Virus record (IMG/VR): IMGVR_UViG_3300033067_001029
Location: 1-55,457 of that record
Strand: one strand, 5' to 3'
DNA: 55,457 nucleotides
From: a virus
Lineage: Duplodnaviria > Caudoviricetes
In this document: positions 1-8,830 of the stretch, one piece after another
Layout: each line of letters opens with the position of its first letter
Numbering within the stretch: position 1 is the stretch's first letter
The notes under the pieces: model-generated
The model's input: only the letters and a program-made list of their open reading frames with translations
Databases searched by the model: none
What the model was told of the DNA's origin: nothing
Position numbers and translations under genes: made by a program

Positions 1-1710
1 GAGGGCAACTTCGAGGACGTCCTCATCGACGGGGTGTACGGGGACACGAACTCGACCCTCGGGCCCGGGTACGAACTCGTCCGCGTCGTCGGGAAGCCGA
101 CGCAGACCGCGAAGAACTTCAAGATTCGCAACGTCTCCGGGGCCGTCCGCAAGGGGTCCGCGATCAAGCTCGCGGACGATTCCAACGGGCAGCTCACCGG
201 CCTCGTCATGCGGGACTTCCTCATCGAGGGTCTCAACTGCGGGGCGGAGTACGCCGGGCTCTACATCACCGGGGTGGGCGTCAAGGACGTCACGCTCCGG
301 AGCGCGTGGGTCAAGGAGGCGACCCTGCTCTCCCTGACGGGCGTCTCGACCCCGGGCGGTTCCGGCGTCATCACCGCGTCGCACCAGCTTCACCCGTACA
401 CGGGCGTCGGTCAGGTCGCGAACGCCTATCAGGCGGCGGATCAGGTCGTCTTCACGAGCGGGAACAACTCCGGCTCCCGGTTCTTCGTCGACAACACGGT
501 CTCCGGTCAGGCGACCGCGCCGCTTTCCGACTCGACGATCAACGTCTTCTCGACGTACCCCGTCTCCGGGACCGGGCAGAACGCCGAGATTCGCCGAACC
601 CCGGCGGTTGTGTGGGTAGACTCGGCGGCGGTCCTCGACTCCCTGGTGATCCGGGACTGCGGGGCCCGCGACTCGTCGAATGTGAACTATGGGAGCGTGA
701 TCGCGATCGACGGGCAGGTTAAGAGCCTCGTGCATGACGGGCTCGTCGCGGTCCTCGGCAACGGGGCGGAGGCGTTCAAGATCTCCTCCTCGGGCGTGGT
801 GAACTACGGGATGCTCTCCCGGTTCGGGATCACGGACAACGGGGCGGGCAACTCGTACGGCATCACGGTCCGGAACGCCTCGACCCGCTCGTACCTCACG
901 CTCTCCGACAGCCATTTCGCCGGGACCGGGGCCGTGCTGCGGGGCGTGTACGTCCCCGGGCTCCTCGACCTCACGCTGGACGGGGTCCGCTTCGGGGGCA
1001 ACGCCAACGTGCGGCCGATCGAGACGACCTCCGCCGGTCGCCTGAACCTCTACGCGAACAACAACCTCTTCGGCCCGACGCTCCCCACGACGACGATCAC
1101 GACCGGATCCCCGACCGGGACGGTCAATGCGGTCTCCACGGACTTCCTCCTCGGCTCGACGTCCGCGACCCTCAACACCGGGACCGGGACGACGAACATC
1201 ACGGTGCCCGTCTCCTCGAACCCGACCCGCGTCGACGTGACGATCACCGCCGCGAGTTCCCCGAACGGCAACCCCTCGATCTCCCTCGGCGTGACCGGCT
1301 CCGGGTACACCGACATCATCGGCTCGACGTCGATGCAGGGGTTCGTGACCGGCTCCTTCACGGCGGGGACCTCCTCGACGACCACGCTCACGAAGACCGG
1401 GGCCTTTACGGGCGTGGTCCCCGGGCAGACCGTGACGATCACGTCCGCGACCGGGATCACGACCGGGACGTACGTCATCGCGAGCGTGACCAACGCGGAC
1501 AACGTCGTCCTCGCGACGAGCCCCGGGTCTTCCGGGTCCTCGATCGCCTTCACGGTCGACGCCATGACGACCGGGACGTGGTCCTTCCCCGTGACGACCA
1601 GCGGCCGATCCCTCGTCGGGACGCCGATCGTGTTCAAGCAGCAGACGGGCATGACCGGCGGGTCCCTCACCGTCACGGTGAAGGTCTACGGCGGCGCGTC
1701 CGGGCAGTAA
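1..1710 (+). CDS. Tail fibre/spike-like protein, 5'-truncated (beta-helix-like, S/T/G-rich)
   Basis: Frame is open from base 1; repetitive beta-strand pattern and T/S/G-rich C-terminal half; precedes the lysis-like genes. Confidence 0.55.
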   Translation, partial: EGNFEDVLIDGVYGDTNSTLGPGYELVRVVGKPTQTAKNFKIRNVSGAVRKGSAIKLADDSNGQLTGLVMRDFLIEGLNCGAEYAGLYITGVGVKDVTLRSAWVKEATLLSLTGVSTPGGSGVITASHQLHPYTGVGQVANAYQAADQVVFTSGNNSGSRFFVDNTVSGQATAPLSDSTINVFSTYPVSGTGQNAEIRRTPAVVWVDSAAVLDSLVIRDCGARDSSNVNYGSVIAIDGQVKSLVHDGLVAVLGNGAEAFKISSSGVVNYGMLSRFGITDNGAGNSYGITVRNASTRSYLTLSDSHFAGTGAVLRGVYVPGLLDLTLDGVRFGGNANVRPIETTSAGRLNLYANNNLFGPTLPTTTITTGSPTGTVNAVSTDFLLGSTSATLNTGTGTTNITVPVSSNPTRVDVTITAASSPNGNPSISLGVTGSGYTDIIGSTSMQGFVTGSFTAGTSSTTTLTKTGAFTGVVPGQTVTITSATGITTGTYVIASVTNADNVVLATSPGSSGSSIAFTVDAMTTGTWSFPVTTSGRSLVGTPIVFKQQTGMTGGSLTVTVKVYGGASGQ

Positions 1711-1738
1711 GGCGAGGATCCGCCGGAAAGGGACTTCG

Positions 1739-1981
1739 ATGCTGTTCGCGGAAGACCTCGGGCTCTGGCAGATCGTTCGTGACGGCGGCCCGTTCGTCGT
1801 GGCCTTCATCGCCCTCATCATCGGCGTCATCACCTTCTGGCGGATCGTCGGCAAGCCGTCCCTCGACGCGCTTTTGACGATCTCCGCGAACTTCGCCAGG
1901 GCTTCCGACAAGCTCGAACACAACACCAACCGCCTCGAAGCCGTCGCCGCCAAGATGGAGCAGCACCACTGTTCCGAGTAG
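1739..1981 (+). CDS. Small membrane protein (holin/antiholin-like)
   Basis: 80 aa, one hydrophobic segment (FVVAFIALIIGVITFW) followed by a coiled-coil tail. Confidence 0.5.
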   Translation: MLFAEDLGLWQIVRDGGPFVVAFIALIIGVITFWRIVGKPSLDALLTISANFARASDKLEHNTNRLEAVAAKMEQHHCSE

Positions 1982-1991
1982 GAGACCGAAG

Positions 1992-2225
1992 ATGCCGGGA
2001 AAGATCGACGACGTTCTCACCAGTTGGCTCGGGGCCTCGTACCGGACGAGCCTCGCGGGGTGGCTGACGGTTCTCGTGACCGTCATGCTCCTCTTCTCCG
2101 ACGAGCTTGGGCTCAACCCGGCCGTCCAGATGAAGATCAATCAGGCGATCATGCTCCTCACGGGCGGGGGCCTCATCATCGCCCGCGACAACAAGGTCAG
2201 TTCGGAACGCGCCGGGGCGAAGTAG
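1992..2225 (+). CDS. Holin-like protein
   Basis: 77 aa, two hydrophobic segments, charged C-terminus (ARDNKVSSERAGAK); AGGAGA RBS. Confidence 0.6.
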   Translation: MPGKIDDVLTSWLGASYRTSLAGWLTVLVTVMLLFSDELGLNPAVQMKINQAIMLLTGGGLIIARDNKVSSERAGAK

Positions 2226-2255
2226 CGCCGACGCGAGACCGCAAGGAGTCCTGCA

Positions 2256-2924
2256 ATGAAGACGACCGCTTTCGTCCTCTCTTTCGTCGCCCTGTTGCTC
2301 GGCGGGTGCGCGACCTCCGGGGTCGGCCGCGAGGCGTCGCAGGTCGGGGGAGACGTCCTCGACCAGAACCCGAAGCAGGTCAGCAACCGCCAGCAGGGGC
2401 CCGCGACGATCACCAGCGTTCGGTCCCGCTCCGCCGCGAAGACCCCGACCGGGCTCGAAGCCCTGACGGACAACAAGGGGGACGCGATCATCGAGGGGGA
2501 CGGATCGATCACCGTCTCCGGCGCGGCGACGAACCTGATCGAACTCGACCGGTCGGGGTTCTCGCAGGCCGGGACCGGGCCGAGCGGGCACGGCGCGGTG
2601 GTCGACCTCGGGGACGGGCAGTCGATGACGTTCTTCTCGTCGACCGCGACGACGACCCGCCGGACGAAGACGGTCGGCAAGGACGGGACGGTCAGCGAAG
2701 AGACGACGATCACCAGCGACCCAACGTCCCCCACCAAGGCGTACGGGGACTCGGTTCTCTCCCCGCTCCTCTCGTACTACAAGGGGCTCACGGAGGAGAA
2801 GCGGGCCGCGTTCGTCGCGGGCGTGCAGGCCAATAGCGAGCAGACGAAGGCGATCGTCGACAAGCTCGCGGGCCCCGATGCGTGGGCGTTCCTGACCTCC
2901 CTCGTCGCCCCCGTCGTGAAGTGA
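2256..2924 (+). CDS. Lipoprotein (possibly spanin-like)
   Basis: Signal peptide with lipobox LGGC; AAGGAG RBS; follows the holin-like genes. Confidence 0.6.
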   Translation: MKTTAFVLSFVALLLGGCATSGVGREASQVGGDVLDQNPKQVSNRQQGPATITSVRSRSAAKTPTGLEALTDNKGDAIIEGDGSITVSGAATNLIELDRSGFSQAGTGPSGHGAVVDLGDGQSMTFFSSTATTTRRTKTVGKDGTVSEETTITSDPTSPTKAYGDSVLSPLLSYYKGLTEEKRAAFVAGVQANSEQTKAIVDKLAGPDAWAFLTSLVAPVVK

Positions 2925-2951
2925 CCGCCGCACCGCCCACCGGAGCATCCC

Positions 2952-3791
2952 GTGAACGAAGACGTGCCCTCCCAGTCCTCGCCCGGCGCGAGGATCGAGC
3001 CCAAGTCCGTCGCCAAGGTCGTCACCCGCACCTTCTCCCCGTCGTACGAAACATCGATCGGCCTCCAGAACGGGGCGAGGATCGACCCCGTCCCCGCCCC
3101 GTGGGGGGAGAACCACGCGACGACGGTCTTCATGTCGAACTGGTGGCGGGACAACTTCGTCACGCCCGCATCGTGCATCACCTACGACAAGGCGGAGTCC
3201 CTTCGCACGGGCAAGATCTACATCCCCCGGGACAAGCCGTACCGGCTCGTGATGAACTTCGAGGACAGCCGGGACTCGTGGGCGGCGTGGCCGTTCGAGG
3301 AGATGGAGCGGTACCGGGACGAGATCAAGAAGGCGTACCCGCACCTGACGATCTCGGCGTACGTCGCTCAGGCGTACAACCTCCTCTCCGACTCGTCGAA
3401 GTTCGCGGTCTCCCGGATCGAGATGCTCCGGAAGTTCGCGTCCAAGTTCGACGAGATCAGCCCTTCGCTCTACTACCACGAAACGGACGATGTCACGGTC
3501 GACTGGTCGAAGGCCCCGGGGGAGGCCGTGCTTTCGATGCTTCCCCAGTGGCGGGTGATGCGGGTGTGGGAGCGGTCGATCGCCCCCGGCAAGCCCCTCT
3601 CCCCGTGCGTCTGGTGGTTCGTGACCCACCGGGGGTACAAGATCGTCACGCGGGACCAGTTCTGGAAGCTCCAGGTCGGGGCGGCCCGCTCCTCCCCGCA
3701 GGCGAAGTCGGTCATCCTTTGGGGGAACGTCGCGAGCCTCGGCGAGCAGCGCATCTTCGACGCCGGGGCCCGCCCGGTGATCTCCGGCTAG
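2952..3791 (+). CDS. Putative glycoside hydrolase, GH56/hyaluronidase-like TIM barrel
   Basis: LVMNFED, YPHLTISAY, ISPSLY and VILWG occur in the same order as the GH56 motifs (VIDWE, P..WG.Y, LYPSIY, IVIWG). Confidence 0.45.
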   Translation: MNEDVPSQSSPGARIEPKSVAKVVTRTFSPSYETSIGLQNGARIDPVPAPWGENHATTVFMSNWWRDNFVTPASCITYDKAESLRTGKIYIPRDKPYRLVMNFEDSRDSWAAWPFEEMERYRDEIKKAYPHLTISAYVAQAYNLLSDSSKFAVSRIEMLRKFASKFDEISPSLYYHETDDVTVDWSKAPGEAVLSMLPQWRVMRVWERSIAPGKPLSPCVWWFVTHRGYKIVTRDQFWKLQVGAARSSPQAKSVILWGNVASLGEQRIFDAGARPVISG

Positions 3792-3807
3792 TTTCCAGTA
3801 GAAACAA
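3791..3807. repeat. Dispersed palindrome GTTTC-N5-GAAAC, first of 15 copies
   Basis: Copies start at 3791, 10721, 14313, 17781, 23406, 27026, 29804, 31712, 35319, 39063, 40535, 43617, 45772, 50501, 53290. Confidence 0.9.
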
Positions 3808-3844
3808 GACGCGACCGGGACTCCCCCGGACCCGCTTGCCCAGG

Positions 3845-3875
3845 GTCGGCCGCGATTGCGGCCGACTTCCTTTTT
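3845..3875 (+). terminator. Rho-independent terminator
   Basis: GTCGGCCGC-gatt-GCGGCCGAC followed by TTCCTTTTT. Confidence 0.75.
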
Positions 3876-3904
3876 GTCTATAGTGGCCCGACCGGAGGTC
3901 CGTC

Positions 3905-4276
3905 ATGCCGAACCCGATCGCCTGGAAGAGTCCAAAGCGACCGTGTACCGCGAAGGTGTGCGGCCTCGTTGTTCCAAGGGCAATGGTCACGGAGCCCGGC
4001 CGGGACGTCGACGTCGAGGTCACGCCGTTCTGCGGCAAAGAGCCGTGCAGCATGACCGTGGCCGCGACCGAGCGGAGTTCAATCGACCAGCTCTGTCGTC
4101 AGGCGGAGATTGCCGCGTCGATCCAGCACGTCGAGCGCCGGGCGTGCAAAGAGTGCCACGAGGCGTTCTTCCATGAGCTTTCCCGGGACGAGAAGAGGTG
4201 GCTCTACGCGAGCGACCCGAAGCTCGGCCCGGTCATCGGCCTCAACGTTGAGGGGGATTCCGAGGGGGTCATCTGA
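3905..4276 (+). CDS. Hypothetical Cys-rich (Zn-binding) protein
   Basis: Several Cys pairs including CKEC; GGAGGT RBS. Confidence 0.6.
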   Translation: MPNPIAWKSPKRPCTAKVCGLVVPRAMVTEPGRDVDVEVTPFCGKEPCSMTVAATERSSIDQLCRQAEIAASIQHVERRACKECHEAFFHELSRDEKRWLYASDPKLGPVIGLNVEGDSEGVI

Positions 4277-4773
4277 TGCCCGCGACGTTTGCGGGCGAGA
4301 TCGAGAAGATCAAGGCCCGGTACGACCAAGAGAAGTGGAGGATGGGCGTCGCCCGTGGGCTCGCGTTCTGGCGCGAGTTCATCGCCGGGTGGGCGTCCGC
4401 CGCGACCGTCCTCCGGGCCCCGGCGTCCGCGTACGAGATCCCGGACGAGGTTGTCGCCGAGGGTGACCAGTCCGTCTTGTCTTGGGCGTGGTCGCTTGTC
4501 GAGCATGAGACGAACGCCGTCCTTCACGCCGTCGATCTCCGCACGCCGCTCCCGAGCGCCGTGATCGTCTCGCACTTCCGCGTCCTCTCCGGGAGCGGGC
4601 TCATCTTCCCGGACGGATCCGTGTGCTCGTTCGTGCTCCGCTCGATCGAGCGGACCCTTTCGGTCGAGGAGGCCAGGGACAACCGCACGATCGCGGAGTC
4701 GTCGATCGAGATGACGAAGCTCCGTCGGATGCTCTCCGAGAAGGCGGGGAGCCCCGGAAAGAAGAGGCGCTAG
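4276..4773 (+). CDS. Hypothetical protein
   Basis: TGATG stop/start coupling to the previous gene; typical codon usage. Confidence 0.6.
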   Translation: MPATFAGEIEKIKARYDQEKWRMGVARGLAFWREFIAGWASAATVLRAPASAYEIPDEVVAEGDQSVLSWAWSLVEHETNAVLHAVDLRTPLPSAVIVSHFRVLSGSGLIFPDGSVCSFVLRSIERTLSVEEARDNRTIAESSIEMTKLRRMLSEKAGSPGKKRR

Positions 4774-4776
4774 CCG

Positions 4777-5373
4777 ATGGACCCCCGCAAGGCCACTTAC
4801 CCGCTTCAGTGCTTGATCCCGTGCTGGCTTGGCGGGGAGGGGTTCATCTCCGGGTACCCTGTCCTCGCCGTAGTCCTCCGCGAGGCCGGGTCCGTCTCTC
4901 TCGGGCTCCACGCGCTCTTCGACCGGATCCGGAGCGCCCAGCCCAAGGGGGACGCCCAGCCGAGGCTCGTCGCGTTCATGGGGGACGAGCGGTATTTCGA
5001 CGATCAACTCCTCATGCTCGTTCGGATGCGGCTCTGCCTTCCCTGTTACGCCGAATACTGCGGGGAGCGGCCGATGACGGACCGCTTCGGGATCATGCCC
5101 CGGTGGGACCACGCAGCGATCCGCCTTCGCAACACCCGCGTGACCATGTCCGGCGGGCTCTTGTTCCACTCCGTGGTCGTCCCGGCCCCGGACCACCCCG
5201 GGGATCTCATCAGCCTTGGCAGGCAGATCGACCGCGCCGGGTTCAAGGTCTCCCGGTACGTCTCCGAGTCCGGGCGGTCCGACCAGTTTGACGCGAAGAT
5301 CGTCCGGGCCGCCGCCGGGTCCGGGTTCCGCCTCACCCGACCGCTCTCGAAAGAACCACTCCCCATTGCATGA
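4777..5373 (+). CDS. Hypothetical protein
   Basis: Fills the gap before terminase; ATGA overlap with terL. Confidence 0.55.
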   Translation: MDPRKATYPLQCLIPCWLGGEGFISGYPVLAVVLREAGSVSLGLHALFDRIRSAQPKGDAQPRLVAFMGDERYFDDQLLMLVRMRLCLPCYAEYCGERPMTDRFGIMPRWDHAAIRLRNTRVTMSGGLLFHSVVVPAPDHPGDLISLGRQIDRAGFKVSRYVSESGRSDQFDAKIVRAAAGSGFRLTRPLSKEPLPIA

Positions 5374-6833
5374 TCGGCCAGTCGTTTCATTCCCCGAAGG
5401 ACTTGCTCGGTTGCTCCCCGATCTCCCCTTTCGTTGAAGAGACGAAGGACGACGTCGAAGAGAGGGAGCCCCGGGAGTTTCACGTCCGCCCCAACAGCAT
5501 CCCGCAGTACGAGTTCGTCTCGGACCTTGAGACCCCGCTCGTTGCGGCGGTCGGCGGGATCGGCTCCGGGAAGACGACCGGGCTCGGGTTCTTCATCGTC
5601 GTGCAGATGTACGCCGAGATGGGGAGCGGGACGATCGGAGGCATCTTCGCGAACACCTACCGGCAGCTTGAGCAGACGACCCTCCCGGGCCTTTGGGCGG
5701 TCTTCGAGAGCATGGGCTTGGAGGACGGGATTGATTACGTCTACGGGCGCGAGCCCCCGAAGGACTGGGCTGGGTTCCGATCCCGGTTCAAGAAGCACAC
5801 GGGCGTGCTCTCCGTCCGCCAGTGGGGGCAGGCCGTTGTCCGTTCGCTGGAGAACTTCAACTCGATCCGTGGCCTCAACCTCGGCTGGGCCGCGATCGAC
5901 GAACTCCGGGACGCCCGGCACGAGGCTTTCCTCGTCGTCCTGGGCCGCGTCCGGTGCCCGAAGGCCCGCCGACGCCTGATCCGGATCGCGACGAGCCCGT
6001 GCGGGTTCAACTGGATCTATACCGAACTCGTTGAGAACGCCGAGAAGATGCCTCCGGGGGCGGAGCGGCGGGTCGTCTTCATGCCCACGTCGTGCAACCC
6101 CGACCTCCCACCGGAGTACAACGAGACCCTTCGGGCGTCCTTCGGGGGCAAGTACGCCCAGCAGGAACTCGACGGGATGTTCGTCTCGACGACCGTGGGC
6201 GCGGTCTACCACGCCTTCAAGCGGGCGACGATGGTCAACTCTTCGGTCAAGGCCGACCCCGAGCTTCCATTCCTCGTGACGTTCGACTTCAACCGAAACC
6301 CCTACTGCGTCGAGATCGCCCAGGCCCAGCCGAACGCCTTCGGGGTGGAACGGCTCGTGGTTCTCGACGAGGTCGTGATGACCGAGGTCGGCACCGAGGA
6401 CGTCGTGCCCGAGGTTGCGTCGCGGATCAAGTCCCATCTTCCCCCGGACGTGCGGCCGATCGTCGAGGTCTACGGGGACCCGGCGGGCAACCAGAAGCGG
6501 ACCTCGGCGTCGTCGAACCGGTCCGACTACGACATCATCGACATGGAAATGCCCAAGTACGTCGGCCGGTACATCCCGATGTACCGACGCCGGGCGTTCT
6601 CGGTGATGGAGACGGTCAACGCCGTCAACGCGCTCATGCGTCGCGGGGGGTTCGTGATTCACCCCCGGTGCCGGAAGACGATCAAGGACTTCGAGTCGGT
6701 GAAGTGGAAGGAGGGGACCTCCGAGATCGACAAGGAGGACAAGTCCCTCACCCACACGTCCGACGGGGTCCGGTACCTGATCGGAGAGCGGTACCCCATC
6801 CGGATCAGCCGCCCCAGCAAACTCTGGACGTGA
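5370..6833 (+). CDS. terL: Terminase large subunit
   Basis: Walker A GGIGSGKT, Walker B WAAIDE, coupling motif ATSP; nuclease motifs FDFN, YGDPAG, HTSDGVRY. Confidence 0.95.
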   Translation: MIGQSFHSPKDLLGCSPISPFVEETKDDVEEREPREFHVRPNSIPQYEFVSDLETPLVAAVGGIGSGKTTGLGFFIVVQMYAEMGSGTIGGIFANTYRQLEQTTLPGLWAVFESMGLEDGIDYVYGREPPKDWAGFRSRFKKHTGVLSVRQWGQAVVRSLENFNSIRGLNLGWAAIDELRDARHEAFLVVLGRVRCPKARRRLIRIATSPCGFNWIYTELVENAEKMPPGAERRVVFMPTSCNPDLPPEYNETLRASFGGKYAQQELDGMFVSTTVGAVYHAFKRATMVNSSVKADPELPFLVTFDFNRNPYCVEIAQAQPNAFGVERLVVLDEVVMTEVGTEDVVPEVASRIKSHLPPDVRPIVEVYGDPAGNQKRTSASSNRSDYDIIDMEMPKYVGRYIPMYRRRAFSVMETVNAVNALMRRGGFVIHPRCRKTIKDFESVKWKEGTSEIDKEDKSLTHTSDGVRYLIGERYPIRISRPSKLWT

Positions 6834-6836
6834 CGC

Positions 6837-6848
6837 TAGAATGGTCTC
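6837..6848 (+). promoter_or_regulatory. Leaderless -10 element (TAGAAT-N6-ATG)
   Basis: The same TANNNT-N5/6-ATG layout occurs at 10775, 13308, 14982, 25586 and 51763; none has an SD. Confidence 0.65.
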
Positions 6849-8768
6849 ATGCCGACGAAGAACCTCAACGCCCCAATGGCAAGCCCGCCCCGCGCGATCC
6901 CCTTGTCGAGCATGGCGGGGCAGAACAAGTCCGCGACGCCGACCGCCGCCGAGAAGCCCATCGCGCCCGGGGCGTCGGGCAAGAAGCTCTTCGTGATGGA
7001 GAACCTCCGCGAGCGGCGGATGATGTTCGACTTCCTCGAACTCTCGTACAAGGGCGGCCCCCGGTACAAGTACGGGAAGGACCCGAAGGGGCTCAACGTC
7101 CTCATCGAGCATGAGAACGAGCGGATCGACATCCTCGCGGGCGCGGACCGGATCCCCACGGCCGCCGACGTCGTCAACAAGAGCGAGTCCGCGCTCAAGA
7201 GCGACAAGTACAACCGCCGGACCCGGTCGGCGACGTACGTCAACTTCGTAAAGCCGGTCGAGGACAAGATCCACGCCTACGTCTTCTCGGTCCCGCCCTC
7301 CCGCCCGAAGAACGACAAGATCGACGCCCGGCTCCGCCAGATCAAGATCGACCAGAACATCGCCGAGATGCTCGCGGACGGTCTCCGCTTCGAGGAGGCG
7401 TGGATCGGCTTCGACGCGAAGAAGATCGTCCTGCCCGAAGGCCGTACGTCCTTGACGAAGGCGGAGGTCGAGGCCCAGGACCCGGAGTTCGGCGGGAACC
7501 CCTACATCGTCCGCGTTGACCCCAGGAACGTCGTCGACTTCTCCGAGGAGGGCGGGACGATCACCCGCGTGGTGATCGAGGAGCGGGTGAAGACGAAGGC
7601 GTCGATCTCGGAGCCCCCGACGACGACCACCTTCTTCCGGGAGTGGACGGACAAGACCTGGGCCCTGTACCGGCTCGACAAGAACGCCAACGGGGAGGAG
7701 GAGTTGGTCTTCGTGGAGGGGTCTGTCCACGAGTTCGGGTGCTGCCCGTTCACGCGGGTCTGCGTCCCGTTCCCGACCGAGGATATCTGCGATCTCAACC
7801 GCCAGCACTTCAACGTGGGCTCGCTGCTCGACGAGGAGATGTACCAGAACACCTTCTCCCAGCGGGTCATCACGGGCGTCAAGGCGGAGGACGTCAAGAC
7901 GACGGACCGGGGCGCTGGAAACACGATCGTGCTCCCGGACACCGAGTCCCGGGTCACGCTTGTCTCCGGGGACCCCGCCCAGTCCGCCGCGCTCATGGAC
8001 CGGCTCGCCCGGATCCAGCAGTCGATCTTCGAGCTGGTCTCCCTCAACGCCGTCAACCGGAACGTCGCGGAGTCCGCCGAGAAGAAGAAGCGGGACCTTG
8101 AGCCCCTCTACTCGACCCTCAGCAAGATCGCGGAGATCGTCGAGCGTGCCGAGAACTGGCTCCTCATCGCGATGGAGATCTACGCGAAGGACGACGATTC
8201 TCAGCGGACGAAGTACAGCCGCAAGTTCGACATCTACAGCATCGACGACCTCATCTCGCAGATCGCGGAACTCGGCAAGGCGTCCTTCGCTCCCCCCTCC
8301 CTCAAGCGCCGCCTCTCCCTCGCGCTGGCGCAGAAGATCGACCCCTTCGGCCCGCACACCGAGTACGAGGCCGAGGTCGAGAAGATGTTCGACGCCAACC
8401 CGTCGATCGTCGACTCGATGATGAGCCTCAAGCGGGAGGGGTGCCTCACCCCGGCGATGCTCGTCGAGACCCTCGGGGTGCCCCCGAGCCTCGCCGTCGA
8501 GTTGGTCGAGATCATGGATCACCCGGACCCCGAGCCCTCGGACCCCTCGGCCCCGGGCGGACAGTCCGGATCGGAGGTCGGCGAAGATGCGATGCCTGAT
8601 ATGCCGGGCGGTAGCGGCAATGGCCCGAAGGGCGGCGGAGATCCTTCGGGGTCCGGGGCGACCCCCGAGGCCGACGGCGGGGCCAGCGGACCCGCCGAGA
8701 AACCCAACCCCGGAACGGGCAAGGCTGGCCGCGTTCGACGCCGCAAGGCCGGGGGCGGCGGCCAGTAG
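6849..8768 (+). CDS. Portal protein
   Basis: Directly after terL; 639 aa; NFVKPVEDKIHAYVF, HEFGCCPF and AESAEKKK resemble portal motifs; disordered C-terminal tail. Confidence 0.85.
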   Translation: MPTKNLNAPMASPPRAIPLSSMAGQNKSATPTAAEKPIAPGASGKKLFVMENLRERRMMFDFLELSYKGGPRYKYGKDPKGLNVLIEHENERIDILAGADRIPTAADVVNKSESALKSDKYNRRTRSATYVNFVKPVEDKIHAYVFSVPPSRPKNDKIDARLRQIKIDQNIAEMLADGLRFEEAWIGFDAKKIVLPEGRTSLTKAEVEAQDPEFGGNPYIVRVDPRNVVDFSEEGGTITRVVIEERVKTKASISEPPTTTTFFREWTDKTWALYRLDKNANGEEELVFVEGSVHEFGCCPFTRVCVPFPTEDICDLNRQHFNVGSLLDEEMYQNTFSQRVITGVKAEDVKTTDRGAGNTIVLPDTESRVTLVSGDPAQSAALMDRLARIQQSIFELVSLNAVNRNVAESAEKKKRDLEPLYSTLSKIAEIVERAENWLLIAMEIYAKDDDSQRTKYSRKFDIYSIDDLISQIAELGKASFAPPSLKRRLSLALAQKIDPFGPHTEYEAEVEKMFDANPSIVDSMMSLKREGCLTPAMLVETLGVPPSLAVELVEIMDHPDPEPSDPSAPGGQSGSEVGEDAMPDMPGGSGNGPKGGGDPSGSGATPEADGGASGPAEKPNPGTGKAGRVRRRKAGGGGQ

Positions 8769-8830
8769 GGGGCCATCCGGGGTGGTCCGGGAAAGGCTTC
8801 TTCGGGCGGCGGAGGCATCGGAGCGTGTGA

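Noticed and set aside
5046-8522. 1158-aa minus-strand ORF
   Set aside because: Antisense shadow of terL and portal; R/G/V-rich with no motifs.
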